This document shows, piece by piece, positions 1 to 8,857 of a DNA stretch of 64,000 nt (within the stretch, counting starts at the first letter, position 1; each line of letters begins with the position of its first letter). The translations under genes and the position numbers were made by a program. The stretch comes from Clostridia bacterium. Lineage in GTDB: Bacteria > Bacillota > Clostridia > Christensenellales > CAG-138. The stretch lies in NCBI GenBank assembly GCA_035399665.1, contig DAOPJM010000003.1, forward strand, positions 16,074 to 80,073, written 5' to 3'. The notes beneath the pieces were generated by a model, which did not search any database, had not been told where the DNA came from, and worked only from the letters and a program-made list of their open reading frames with translations.

Positions 1-268
1 CTACCCTGCCGTGCTGAGGACGCCAAGGTAAAATCGCGAAGCTGTCCAAATCGGGATGCAGATACTGATCGGATTCCTGAATCCGCACAAAGCCTTCGAT
101 GGAGCTTCCGTCAATCATTATCTCATTCGCAACAGCTCGTTCTATCTGCGATGAAGTTATCGCAACATTCTTGAGCTGTCCGAAAATGTCGGTAAACTGC
201 ATTCGGATGAACTCAACATCGTTTTCCCTTACAAGCCTGACGATTTCACTGTCTGTGTATCTGCACAT
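1..268 (-). CDS. glnA: glutamine synthetase type I, N-terminal part (gene runs off the window start)
   Basis: Absent from the ORF track because it is truncated. Reverse translation from ATG 268 gives MCRYTDSEIVRLVRENDVEFIRMQFTDIFGQLKNVAITSSQIERAVANEIMIDGSSIEGFVRIQESDQYLHPDLDSFAILPWRPQHGRV. This carries the GS beta-grasp N-domain signature (FTD..G..K, DGSSIEGF, ESD..L.PD). A GGAGGTG RBS lies at 271-279. Confidence 0.85.
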   Translation of the reverse strand, partial: MCRYTDSEIVRLVRENDVEFIRMQFTDIFGQLKNVAITSSQIERAVANEIMIDGSSIEGFVRIQESDQYLHPDLDSFAILPWRPQHGRV

Positions 269-289
269 ATTTCACCTCCGATGTCCGTT

Positions 290-327
290 AAATATAAAGC
301 GGAACGTCTGCTGTAAAGACGTTCCGC
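290..327 (-). promoter_or_regulatory. terminator-like hairpin in the glnA 5' leader
   Basis: An 11-bp perfect stem pairs 299-309 with 317-327 around a 7-nt loop. On the minus strand it is followed by TTTATATTT, and it sits about 20 nt upstream of the glnA RBS. Confidence 0.5.
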
Positions 328-341
328 CTTAGAACTCGTTG

Positions 342-370
342 ATTATATATAAAATCGAATAGACTGTCAA
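342..370 (-). promoter_or_regulatory. sigmaA-type promoter of glnA
   Basis: Minus strand reads TTGACA (365-370), a 17-nt spacer, then TATAAT (342-347). Confidence 0.6.
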
Positions 371-414
371 TATTTCTTTTTCAAAACTTTGTTTACATAA
401 CGTTGGATTGGTAA

Positions 415-672
415 TTAACCCGCCGGTTCAGTTTCAACAGGGTCGAGGCTTTCGACCGGCTCCAAGCTTGGTTCAGGTGTACAAATGAAGCCCTCATCCT
501 CAAGGTAATCCTTGGTTTCGGTGCCGATGCTTGTAACATGCCCCGTGATACTGTCCACCAGTCCCTTCAGTGAGCCTGTAAGCCAACCTCTGTCATTCAG
601 AAAATACAGGGTTGCGCAAACAAGCGCTACCACAACCACGACGACTCCCACCACTTTCAAAACAAACTTCAA
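415..672 (-). CDS. small N-terminally anchored membrane protein with an acidic tail (hypothetical)
   Basis: TTG start at 672 with an AAAGGAG RBS 9 nt upstream. It has one hydrophobic helix (VVGVVVVVVALVCATLYFL) and an E/P/D-rich C-terminus. Confidence 0.55.
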   Translation of the reverse strand: MKFVLKVVGVVVVVVALVCATLYFLNDRGWLTGSLKGLVDSITGHVTSIGTETKDYLEDEGFICTPEPSLEPVESLDPVETEPAG

Positions 673-735
673 AGCTGCACACTCCTTTCAAACATATTAT
701 AGCATACCCTTAAAGTGTCAAATAAGAATTCTATG

Positions 736-1899
736 TTAAATTTTGACAAGCTCACAGTTTTCTATTGCTCTTGCTATCATCGGCTCGAAGTCCACCAGCT
801 TTTCGCTTTCAAGCAATTTCTCAAGCTTTGGTTTTGTCGTGGGATGCTGCGGGACAAACACGGTGCAGCAATCCTCAAAGGGCTGAATTGAGGTTTCGTA
901 TGTACCTATCTTCAACGCCTTATCAACTATCTCCTCCTTGTCAAACCCTATGAGAGGGCGGAACACGGGCAAGCTCACAGAGTTGTTCGTTACGTTTAGG
1001 CTCTCTATGGTTTGACTCGCAACCTGCCCCAACGATTCACCTGTTATAAGCGCTTGGCACCCGTGAGCCAAGGCGATTCTTTCGGCAATCTTCATCATCT
1101 GCATACGCATGATTATTGTAGTTTCGCTTTGCGGGCAGCCATCGTAGATTGCAAGCTGAATCTCGGTAAACGGAACCAAGTATAGGTTGATTTCGCTCGT
1201 GTACCTTGAAATGAGCTTGGCCAGCTCCACTACCTTATCCCTTGCTCTCGGACTGGTATATGGATAGCTGTAGAAGTGTACTGCGTCAATCGCAACTCCG
1301 CGCTTGGCTATCATGTACCCCGCAACAGGGCTGTCAATTCCTCCGGAGATGAGCAGCATTGCCTTTCCGTTGCACCCAACGGGCAGTCCGCCGCAGCCCA
1401 TATACTCGTCACAATAGATGAACGCTGCAAACTGCCTGATTTCCACCGTAACCTTGAGGCTTGGATTATGTACATCAACATAAAGATGGGGGAAGCTTTC
1501 AAGCAAGATGTGACCAAGTTCATGGCAAATCTGCTCGGAGCTGAACCTGAAGCGCTTGTCCGCACGCCTTGCGAACACCTTGAAGCTCAGCCTGTCCTCC
1601 GTCTTTCCCTCGGATACCATTTCGACGGCGGCGTCGCATATGCTCAGCCAGTCCTTTTCAACACAACGGGCAATGCTCACAGAGTGAATTCCGAACACTC
1701 TTGTGAGCTTGTCCACCGCCTGCTTTAACACATCCTCCGGAACGCCATACACAAAGATGCGTCCCTGCTCGCGTTCGACTTTGACGGTATTCGGCTTTAG
1801 CGCATCGACTATTCTGTCGGCAAGTTTACGCTCGAAGAAAGGGCGATTCAGCCCCTTCAGATGTATCTCGGCATACCTTACGAGTATAACATGTTCCAT
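736..1899 (-). CDS. thiI: tRNA sulfurtransferase / 4-thiouridine synthase ThiI
   Basis: 387 aa. The THUMP-like N-terminus begins VILVRYAEIHLKGLNRPFFE. The PP-loop motif SGGIDSPVAGYM is present. No rhodanese domain is present. Confidence 0.9.
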   Translation of the reverse strand: MEHVILVRYAEIHLKGLNRPFFERKLADRIVDALKPNTVKVEREQGRIFVYGVPEDVLKQAVDKLTRVFGIHSVSIARCVEKDWLSICDAAVEMVSEGKTEDRLSFKVFARRADKRFRFSSEQICHELGHILLESFPHLYVDVHNPSLKVTVEIRQFAAFIYCDEYMGCGGLPVGCNGKAMLLISGGIDSPVAGYMIAKRGVAIDAVHFYSYPYTSPRARDKVVELAKLISRYTSEINLYLVPFTEIQLAIYDGCPQSETTIIMRMQMMKIAERIALAHGCQALITGESLGQVASQTIESLNVTNNSVSLPVFRPLIGFDKEEIVDKALKIGTYETSIQPFEDCCTVFVPQHPTTKPKLEKLLESEKLVDFEPMIARAIENCELVKI

Positions 1900-1902
1900 T
1901 TA

Positions 1903-3057
1903 CTATCTCCTTCTGTATCGTCTCAAAAACTGCACCTGCTCAAACAATATCTGAGCGGTCAAGTCCATCTCGTCCTCTGTGTTGAGAGGGCTTAAGCTTA
2001 TTCTTATCGCGCCTTCTTGACGCGGTCCCACTATTCCCATCGCCGTTAGGATACGGTTCTTGCCCTTCTTGTGCGTTGAGCAGGCCGAGCCGGTAGCCAA
2101 GCACACCCCTCTTTCATCCATGGAGTGCATGAGTACCTCGGCTCTCACTCCCAAAAACGAAAGATTCAGTATATGCGGTGCTGCTTCTGCAAGCGAAGGG
2201 CCGTTCAGCAGCACATCAGGCAAGGATCTGAGGTTGCTGTACAGGCGTTGCTTCAGCCTACGCATATAGTCATGCTTTTGGGTCATATCCTGCGTATAGT
2301 CAATTACCGCCTGCTCCATTCCAAGTATGCCCGGAACATTTGTCGTGCCGGACCTGAGATTCCTCTCCTGTCCTCCGCCCATCTGCCCGCCGCCAAAGTT
2401 GGTTCCGCTCTTAACGTATAGGAAGCCCACGCCTTTCGGCGCATGAAACTTGTGTCCCGACACAGAGTATAGGTCTACATCCGGAGTCTTTTCTTCCAGC
2501 TTGAGGAAGGCTTGAACGCCGTCGGAATGCAGTACCGCGTTGGGGGAGCGCTTGCTCATAAGCTCACGAACAGAGCGCAGGTCAAAGACCGCTCCCACCT
2601 CATTGTTCACATGCATACAGGATACAAGCGCAGTGTCCTCGGTAAGCATCTCTTCCAGCGCTTCAAGGTTTACAGAACCGTCTTGCTTCACCGGGGTATA
2701 CTTTACATCAAAGCGTTCTATACGTTCAAGATATCGGAACTGTTCGAATATCGAAGGGTGTTCTGCCGCCGTAGTTATTATCCTGACCTTGCCCCTCGTC
2801 TTGATAAGAGTTCCGAAAACCGCGGCGTTGTTTGACTCCGTCCCGCCCGAAGTAAACACTATCTCCGAGGAGTCGCAGCCGATCGCTCTTGCCATCACCT
2901 GTCGGGCTTGTTCAACGCGTTTTTCCGTTTGCACAGCCGCGTTGTACCCGGAGGCAGGGTTATAGTACATGTCGGTCATAGCCATTGTCGAAGCTTGCGC
3001 CGCTGCCTGGCCGACCTTTGTCGTTGCACTGTTGTCTAAGTATATCATATTCACCAT
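1903..3057 (-). CDS. cysteine desulfurase (NifS/IscS class V aminotransferase)
   Basis: Motifs are IYLDNSATT, SGGTESNN, the PLP lysine in SVSGHKF, and the active-site Cys in TGSACS. The stop lies 3 nt upstream of the thiI start. Confidence 0.9.
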   Translation of the reverse strand: MVNMIYLDNSATTKVGQAAAQASTMAMTDMYYNPASGYNAAVQTEKRVEQARQVMARAIGCDSSEIVFTSGGTESNNAAVFGTLIKTRGKVRIITTAAEHPSIFEQFRYLERIERFDVKYTPVKQDGSVNLEALEEMLTEDTALVSCMHVNNEVGAVFDLRSVRELMSKRSPNAVLHSDGVQAFLKLEEKTPDVDLYSVSGHKFHAPKGVGFLYVKSGTNFGGGQMGGGQERNLRSGTTNVPGILGMEQAVIDYTQDMTQKHDYMRRLKQRLYSNLRSLPDVLLNGPSLAEAAPHILNLSFLGVRAEVLMHSMDERGVCLATGSACSTHKKGKNRILTAMGIVGPRQEGAIRISLSPLNTEDEMDLTAQILFEQVQFLRRYRRR

Positions 3058-3250
3058 CCGGTCAATGTTGTCTTTCTAATATAATATGCCGTCCTTGCGG
3101 CATCTGCATCAATTTATACCACAATACGCTCCATGTTTCAACAAAATTAACTGTGCGCCAATAGAAAAGTTTACATATTTGTAACGCTTGTGAGACTTTT
3201 TTCGGCTATAATGTTTTCGTGGTTTAGTATATACCAAAGGAGGGTTACAA

Positions 3251-5515
3251 ATGAGAGGGACACAACCTGTTTGCAGCCATTGCGGTGCTTATAACAGCGA
3301 GGATGCAGTGGTGTGCAAAAAGTGCGGCTGTGATTTGACGGCCGACCCTGATTTCGATGAAAGTACAGACGTTTCCGAAAAGGCGGACGATGCTGAGGCA
3401 TATGCTCAATCCGTCAAAGCTTCGCATTCCGAGCCTTCATACTCGTCTGCTCCCTATGATTCAGCTAACAATCAAGAAAACGTAAAAGCCCGTCGCGCTC
3501 CTGAGCCTGACCTTGATGATGAGGATGATGTTCGCGTCCGTCCTTCAAGGCACAGGGCTGCTGCTCCTGCACGCAAGCCTTCCTCCATTGATGATTTTGA
3601 CGACGATGATGAGGATGACGATGAACCCGTCCGTCCCGTAAGGGGCAGAGCGGCAAAGCAGGTCAAGAAAGCCCCCGCCATCGATGATTTTGATGATGAC
3701 GACGAGGATGACGAACCCGTTCGCCCCGCAAAGAGCAGAGCGGCAAAGCCGTCAAGGAAAGCTCCCGCCATCGATGATTTTGACGATGACGACGAGAATG
3801 ACGAACCCGTTCGACCCGCAAAGGGCAGGGCGGCAAAGCCGTCCAGGAAAGCCCCCGCCATCGATGATTTTGACGATGATGAGGATGAGGTTCCCGCACG
3901 CCATGCTTCGGCAAAACGCATGAACGATTCCGACGAGGCCGAGCCTGCCACAACTCGTTGGCAGCGCACACCCGTGCCCGCGGCTGACAACGAAGAGCGC
4001 GAGCCTTATCATGACGAAGAAGACGACGATTATGATTCCGAATCCTTCGAGCCAACTCCCCCGCGCAGAGGCTCCGATGGCGGTGATAATAAGTCCAACA
4101 CTCTCATGTGGATACTGCTTGCGGTAGGTTTGGTCGTAATAGTTCTTATCATTGCCGTTTGGTTGTTCTTGAACTTCAGCTCCAAAAAGAGCCTGTTGCC
4201 CGAGTTTGCCCAGATTAACTGCGCAGGCAAGAGCGATACAGAAACCCCCGATGATTCGGCAAATCCTTCGAGCGAGCCTTCACCCGACGTCACCGATGTA
4301 CCGGTAGTCGATCCCTCCGACTCTGCCAATCCCACTATCACCGAGTTTACCAATGAAAGTGGGCAGGAATGCATCAAGGTGTCCATAGTTGTCGGTGCAG
4401 GCGAGACGCTTATCGCGAGATTCGCGGGTCAGGATGATCAGGAGTACACTAACACCGAGTCTGAGGCACGCACCTTTGACCTTGACGTACCCATGGCTCT
4501 GTATTATCCCAATGCTCCGCTGACAGAATCCACCTATACAACAGTTCCCGAGTTCTACATTCGTGACGTCTCCGGCAATGTTACTCAGGTAGATTTACCG
4601 ACCATCACTATGGAGTTCCCGACCATTTCCCTGCAGCTCACCTCACCCGAGGATACAAGCGCACCCGTCATGGCCGATTCAAACAACAAGATAGCGATTG
4701 TCGGCATTGTAGACGATCACAACGTTAAGGTCTACATAGACGACAAGGAAATCACTGTCTATGAGGGCGGCAACTTCCAAGAGGAGATCGAGTTCAATGA
4801 GGACGCAGACCGTGAGATCGTAATTCGTGCCGAGAAGGACAACTGTGTTACCAGCACGGCGACCTTCACCGCCACTAAGTATGTGTATGTGGCTCAGCCC
4901 ATGGATCTCATTATCAGTCAAGGCGTGCAAGCTCTTCGCGCAAACGCGGACAGAAAGGTTACCATCAACGGTATCGTTACCTCCGGCGCTCAGATTTCGA
5001 TTGCGAGCAGCAACAGCAATGTTGTGTTCGGTTCCATCGCCTACGGCGCAGACGGCACATTCGCCTTTGACTGTACCTTCGCGGAGGGTGTGTTCGGCTA
5101 TAGCATCATAACTCTGACAGCAACAAAGGAAGGCTATACCACTGAAGTTAAGCAGTGCATGGTCACTCGTTCCTACGAAGATCGTAAAGCCTTTGTCTCC
5201 GGTGAGAAAAAGCGTGCAGGGTACTATGAGCTTCCGACAGACCTGTCGTATGAGCAGCTTGTAGCTTCTCCCGAAATGGATGGCGGTATCCGTATCCGTG
5301 GCAAAGTCATCGAAGTTATCGAGGACGGAGAATACAAGATTGCCAAGATACAGCTCACCGGCACCGAGAACATAGTGTACGTTCTTGTTCAGAGCTTGAA
5401 GTGGGATCCCGCAGGCAACATCGGCACACAGTATGCCGTGTACTGCAATACCTACGGCCTCTACGGCGACACAGGCTGCCCCTACCTTATCGGCTGGTTC
5501 GCCTTGAAGAACTGA
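3251..5515 (+). CDS. zinc-ribbon membrane protein with acidic/basic tandem repeats and a large extracytoplasmic beta-rich region
   Basis: AAAGGAGGG RBS. The N-terminus has CSHCG...CKKCG (4-Cys ribbon). Four 30-31-aa repeats follow, then a TM helix LMWILLAVGLVVIVLIIAVWLFL, a P/S/D-rich linker and about 400 aa outside. Confidence 0.75.
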   Translation: MRGTQPVCSHCGAYNSEDAVVCKKCGCDLTADPDFDESTDVSEKADDAEAYAQSVKASHSEPSYSSAPYDSANNQENVKARRAPEPDLDDEDDVRVRPSRHRAAAPARKPSSIDDFDDDDEDDDEPVRPVRGRAAKQVKKAPAIDDFDDDDEDDEPVRPAKSRAAKPSRKAPAIDDFDDDDENDEPVRPAKGRAAKPSRKAPAIDDFDDDEDEVPARHASAKRMNDSDEAEPATTRWQRTPVPAADNEEREPYHDEEDDDYDSESFEPTPPRRGSDGGDNKSNTLMWILLAVGLVVIVLIIAVWLFLNFSSKKSLLPEFAQINCAGKSDTETPDDSANPSSEPSPDVTDVPVVDPSDSANPTITEFTNESGQECIKVSIVVGAGETLIARFAGQDDQEYTNTESEARTFDLDVPMALYYPNAPLTESTYTTVPEFYIRDVSGNVTQVDLPTITMEFPTISLQLTSPEDTSAPVMADSNNKIAIVGIVDDHNVKVYIDDKEITVYEGGNFQEEIEFNEDADREIVIRAEKDNCVTSTATFTATKYVYVAQPMDLIISQGVQALRANADRKVTINGIVTSGAQISIASSNSNVVFGSIAYGADGTFAFDCTFAEGVFGYSIITLTATKEGYTTEVKQCMVTRSYEDRKAFVSGEKKRAGYYELPTDLSYEQLVASPEMDGGIRIRGKVIEVIEDGEYKIAKIQLTGTENIVYVLVQSLKWDPAGNIGTQYAVYCNTYGLYGDTGCPYLIGWFALKN
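3578..3893 (+). repeat. in-frame tandem repeat, period 93/90/90 nt (about 3.5 copies)
   Basis: GC(C/T)CCCGCCATCGATGATTTTGA recurs at 3671, 3761 and 3851, with a diverged copy at 3578. The unit encodes APAIDDFDDDDEDDEPVRPAK(S/G)RAAKPSRK. Confidence 0.9.
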
Positions 5516-5517
5516 TA

Positions 5518-5799
5518 ATGCAGGTTTGGGCAAAAACGCTTAAAAAGCATAAGATTGTTAATGAAGTCGTGCGGAATTTCGATTCCGCACGGCCTTCCGA
5601 TTTATACGGCTGGGAGATTATAATCCATGAGCTGTGCCAGGAGCTCGACCTTTCCCGACCTGTTATCCTAACAAATCATGTAAGAGACCTCAACAGCTTC
5701 ATGCGCGTGGTTTTCAAAGCTTCGGACTTTATGGAGCCAATATCCTTTGATCGCTTTGAGATAGAAGTACTTCCCGAGAAGAAAAGGAATCAGTCGTAA
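5518..5799 (+). CDS. hypothetical 93-aa protein
   Basis: ATG at 5518 lies 2 nt after the TGA of the upstream gene (TGATAATG). The track ORF 5401-5799 overlaps the upstream CDS, so the internal Met was chosen. No motif was recognised. Confidence 0.45.
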   Translation: MQVWAKTLKKHKIVNEVVRNFDSARPSDLYGWEIIIHELCQELDLSRPVILTNHVRDLNSFMRVVFKASDFMEPISFDRFEIEVLPEKKRNQS

Positions 5800-5864
5800 C
5801 AATTCTTTATGAATAGACTCACTCTTTTCTGCACATGCTTACTGTGACTGAAAGGAGTGATGAT

Positions 5865-6077
5865 ATGAACGTAGCAGCGTTGATACTGATGATAATCGGT
5901 GCGCTCAATTGGGGGCTTGTAGGCCTCTTTAACTTCAACTTGGTAAGCGCCATCTTCGGGAATGGAGTATTCACGGATATTATCTATGTGATAGTGTGTC
6001 TGGCGGGCCTTTGGGGTATAGGAATGCTCTTTATGCGGAACGTGAGAAAAGTGCCTAAAGCAAGCGGCGCAGAATAA
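5865..6077 (+). CDS. DUF378-family small membrane protein
   Basis: MNVAALILMIIGALNWGLVGLFNFNLVSAIFG matches the DUF378 signature (GALNWGLVG). AAAGGAG RBS lies upstream of ATG 5865. Confidence 0.75.
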   Translation: MNVAALILMIIGALNWGLVGLFNFNLVSAIFGNGVFTDIIYVIVCLAGLWGIGMLFMRNVRKVPKASGAE

Positions 6078-6086
6078 GTGAAATGT

Positions 6087-6126
6087 ATCAGGGCGTGTAA
6101 CTTTACTATAAGTCACACGCCCTGAT
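6087..6126. terminator. bidirectional hairpin between convergent genes
   Basis: ATCAGGGCGTGT (6087-6098) pairs with ACACGCCCTGAT (6115-6126). Confidence 0.6.
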
Positions 6127-6158
6127 GATTTATTAGCTTATGCTGCCGCTTTTATCCG

Positions 6159-7448
6159 CTACTCGCTTCGGATTGCCGTCAACGGAGACAGTCTCATGGC
6201 TCTTATTGCGGGGTACAACCCCGATATTAAGGCAACCAATATTGAGAATGCTACGGCGCCTACGGCAAGATAGCCCGTTATGATACTTGTCAGTCCTGAC
6301 GAGGCAAGCAGCTTGTTGATAAGCGCTGAGATCGAAAACGAAAGCGCAAGCCCCGCTATGCCTCCGAAGAACCCGATGAATGCGGATTCGCAAAGAAACA
6401 GACCAACGATGTTGCTCATCCTCATTCCCAACACTTTGATAATTCCTATCTCCTTAGTGCGCTCGTAGATGCTCATCATCATTGTGTTCATGATGCCTAT
6501 CGCGGCAACGAGAAGCGAAACACCGCCTATCGCCCCGAGCAGCACCCTAATCCGTTGAGTACTTTCTTTGGCCATATTGACCGCGTCGATAAGGCTGTAT
6601 GTGCCGTACCCCATCCCGTCAATCTGAGCCCTGACGCTCTCCACAACATCTATGCTCTCGCATTTGACAAGCACTTGGTTGTAGGTCTTGGGAAATGTGC
6701 CAAGGTACGTCTCGTTGGCCTTGTACAGCTTCTCAAGCGTTTCTATGTTCATAAGGCAATAATAGGAGTAATCGTTGCCCTCAGCGCTCATCACCCCAAC
6801 CGGCGTTACACTATACACCTTACCCTGTGCCGTGCCTTCATCGCCATACCAGTTTGGATAGATGTTGCTCATATCAAAGCTGAGCTTGAAGCGGGAGTCC
6901 ATTGTTACAAGCGGATTGCCGTTTCTGTCAACAGCTTGATTCCAATTGCTTGGGTTGACAAAATTATCCAGCACATAGCTGCCCAATACTATCTCGTATC
7001 GGCTGCCTGCGCGGCTCTCCGGATATCTCCCTTCGGACAGGTCGAAGCCCAAGAGCTGAGCCTGCTCTGCGTCCACTCCTACTATGGATATATCGGAAAC
7101 ATACTTACCGCTCTTTAGACCGCCGTATGCATTGATCATGGGCATTGCCGCAACAACTCCGTCAATCTGTCTGAAGCTCATAACCGAGTTTTTGTCAAGC
7201 TTTGTCTCGGTGGATGTTCCGTTGCCGTCGGTAGTTTCGACATACTTATATGAGCTGACCTGAATCATGGTAAGGCTGCCCGTGCCGGCAAAGGCGTCAA
7301 TAGTGGCCTTTTCTATGCCGAGTCCGAGTGACACCATCACGACTATGGACGTGATGCCTATTACCATGCCAAGTACTGTAAGCACGCTCCTGACTTTGCG
7401 CCGCCAAAGGTTCATAAACCCAAAGCGAAGCAGATCCAATATCCTCAT
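6159..7448 (-). CDS. ABC transporter permease, MacB/FtsX family
   Basis: 429 aa. The N-terminus LRFGFMNLWRRKVRSVLTVLGMVIGI is typical of MacB/FtsX permeases. A large extracytoplasmic loop is followed by a C-terminal FtsX 3-TM bundle. Confidence 0.85.
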   Translation of the reverse strand: MRILDLLRFGFMNLWRRKVRSVLTVLGMVIGITSIVVMVSLGLGIEKATIDAFAGTGSLTMIQVSSYKYVETTDGNGTSTETKLDKNSVMSFRQIDGVVAAMPMINAYGGLKSGKYVSDISIVGVDAEQAQLLGFDLSEGRYPESRAGSRYEIVLGSYVLDNFVNPSNWNQAVDRNGNPLVTMDSRFKLSFDMSNIYPNWYGDEGTAQGKVYSVTPVGVMSAEGNDYSYYCLMNIETLEKLYKANETYLGTFPKTYNQVLVKCESIDVVESVRAQIDGMGYGTYSLIDAVNMAKESTQRIRVLLGAIGGVSLLVAAIGIMNTMMMSIYERTKEIGIIKVLGMRMSNIVGLFLCESAFIGFFGGIAGLALSFSISALINKLLASSGLTSIITGYLAVGAVAFSILVALISGLYPAIRAMRLSPLTAIRSE

Positions 7449-8857
7449 ATCTCATCATCCGCCTTGTTTGCGCGGCGCTTCTTTGACACGATGACAATTA
7501 CCGTTACAGCTGCGGCAACTCCCAGAATGATTATGCCAACCCACCAATACTTCAGGATCCCTGTCGGCTGTTGCTCTTCAGGCTCCACATAGATGTCGCC
7601 TCCGATAGCCTCGCCGTAATCGGGTACGACCTGTTCACTCACATAGAGGTCGAGCGGCGCTCTTGTCTCCATCTGTTCGCCGTTAACATCCTCATAGCTT
7701 ATCACCACATAGCCCGAAATCTCCCCCGAAACACTCGGTATCACGGAGAAGTCAACATTCATGCTTGCGCCGGAGCTGAGGTTTCCTCCAAAGTAAGGTT
7801 CTTCAAGTTCCGCGCCCTCGCAGTCAAGAGTAAGCTGGCAGTTGTAAATGGTGCCCTTGCCTAAGTTGAAGAACTGGATATACATAGCGCAGGCATTTCC
7901 GACCCAAGCGTCGTCATAGATGACAACATCATTGCACTTGGTCCTTATCTTCTGTTGCAGGCTGAAGGTTATGTCCCCGGTTGACTGATACGATTCAAGG
8001 CTCTTAACGCCGTCATAGCCCATGGATACCGCCATTGTATAGGGCTTGGCTTCGGCGTCGGGAGCTGATTGCAAGTCAATTGAAAGCTGTTTTGAGCCGT
8101 TCTCAGGGATGTTGTCGATATACATGGTTCCCGACCCGTTGTTTGCGGGAAGTATAACCCCGCTTTCATCCTTGATCTCCAGCTGCAAGTTGGTGATACC
8201 CTGCTCCGACGAGGTGTTTCTGACCGTGAACGTCAAGGTAAAGGTGTCGCCTGCATACAACTTTTCGGCGCTCACAGAGTAGCCGTCAATGATGAGCTTG
8301 GGCTTTAGGTAAGGTATAGACGTTGGTTCGGGCGTCTCAACAGGCGTCGAACCGCCGCCGCTGCTGTAACCGCTTGTTACCGTGAGGTACACGCGAAAGT
8401 CCTGTGTTTCAAGCTCGGCGTCGGGTGAGCCGGCTCTGTACTGCATGGTAAAGCCTACCTGCTTTACGCCCTTAGTCGCGTAATAGCTGATGGTGAACTG
8501 GAAAACAAAATAGAAGTTGTTACCGCTCATAACCGCCCTGCCCAACTCTTGGGTGTAGTCCATTTGCGTTATGTTAAACGGGAACGAGTCTAAATCCGTA
8601 CTGACAACGGGTGAAATCTGCACATCATACAGCGGTCCGGACACACAGTTGAACGGCAGCTGAATGGTTACATCCTTGCCGTGCTTGCCTGAAGGGGCGG
8701 CGAACGGCTTACCGTTATCATCCAAGGTGCGCATCACTACATTTGAAGCGGTAGTGGTTCCCTCGGGGTCGTCAATTATTTCCTCAGCAAAAACGCTCAG
8801 GGAAGCGCCCATGCAGAGTATACAGCACAGCAGTATTGCGATTATTTTCTTTGTCAT
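7445..8857 (-). CDS. secreted, C-terminally anchored protein with CARDB/Ig-like repeats
   Basis: A signal peptide (..SLSVFA/EE) is followed by beta-rich modules such as GDTFTLTFTVRNTSSEQGITNLQLEI. A C-terminal TM helix ends in KKRRANK. ATGA overlaps join it to both neighbours. Confidence 0.7.
   Translation of the reverse strand: MTKKIIAILLCCILCMGASLSVFAEEIIDDPEGTTTASNVVMRTLDDNGKPFAAPSGKHGKDVTIQLPFNCVSGPLYDVQISPVVSTDLDSFPFNITQMDYTQELGRAVMSGNNFYFVFQFTISYYATKGVKQVGFTMQYRAGSPDAELETQDFRVYLTVTSGYSSGGGSTPVETPEPTSIPYLKPKLIIDGYSVSAEKLYAGDTFTLTFTVRNTSSEQGITNLQLEIKDESGVILPANNGSGTMYIDNIPENGSKQLSIDLQSAPDAEAKPYTMAVSMGYDGVKSLESYQSTGDITFSLQQKIRTKCNDVVIYDDAWVGNACAMYIQFFNLGKGTIYNCQLTLDCEGAELEEPYFGGNLSSGASMNVDFSVIPSVSGEISGYVVISYEDVNGEQMETRAPLDLYVSEQVVPDYGEAIGGDIYVEPEEQQPTGILKYWWVGIIILGVAAAVTVIVIVSKKRRANKADDEI

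Noticed and set aside
99-332. A 77-aa plus-strand ORF at the window start.
   Set aside because: It is antisense to the clearly recognisable glnA N-terminus and its leader. It has no RBS.
3472-4055. Ser-rich and Arg/His-rich antisense or off-frame ORFs, and a possible CRISPR-like periodicity, across the 90-nt repeats.
   Set aside because: The periodic sequence is an in-frame coding repeat with no unique spacers between the units. The alternative frames are by-products of the repeat. The same reasoning applies to 23547-23651 and 47821-47910, so no CRISPR array is present.
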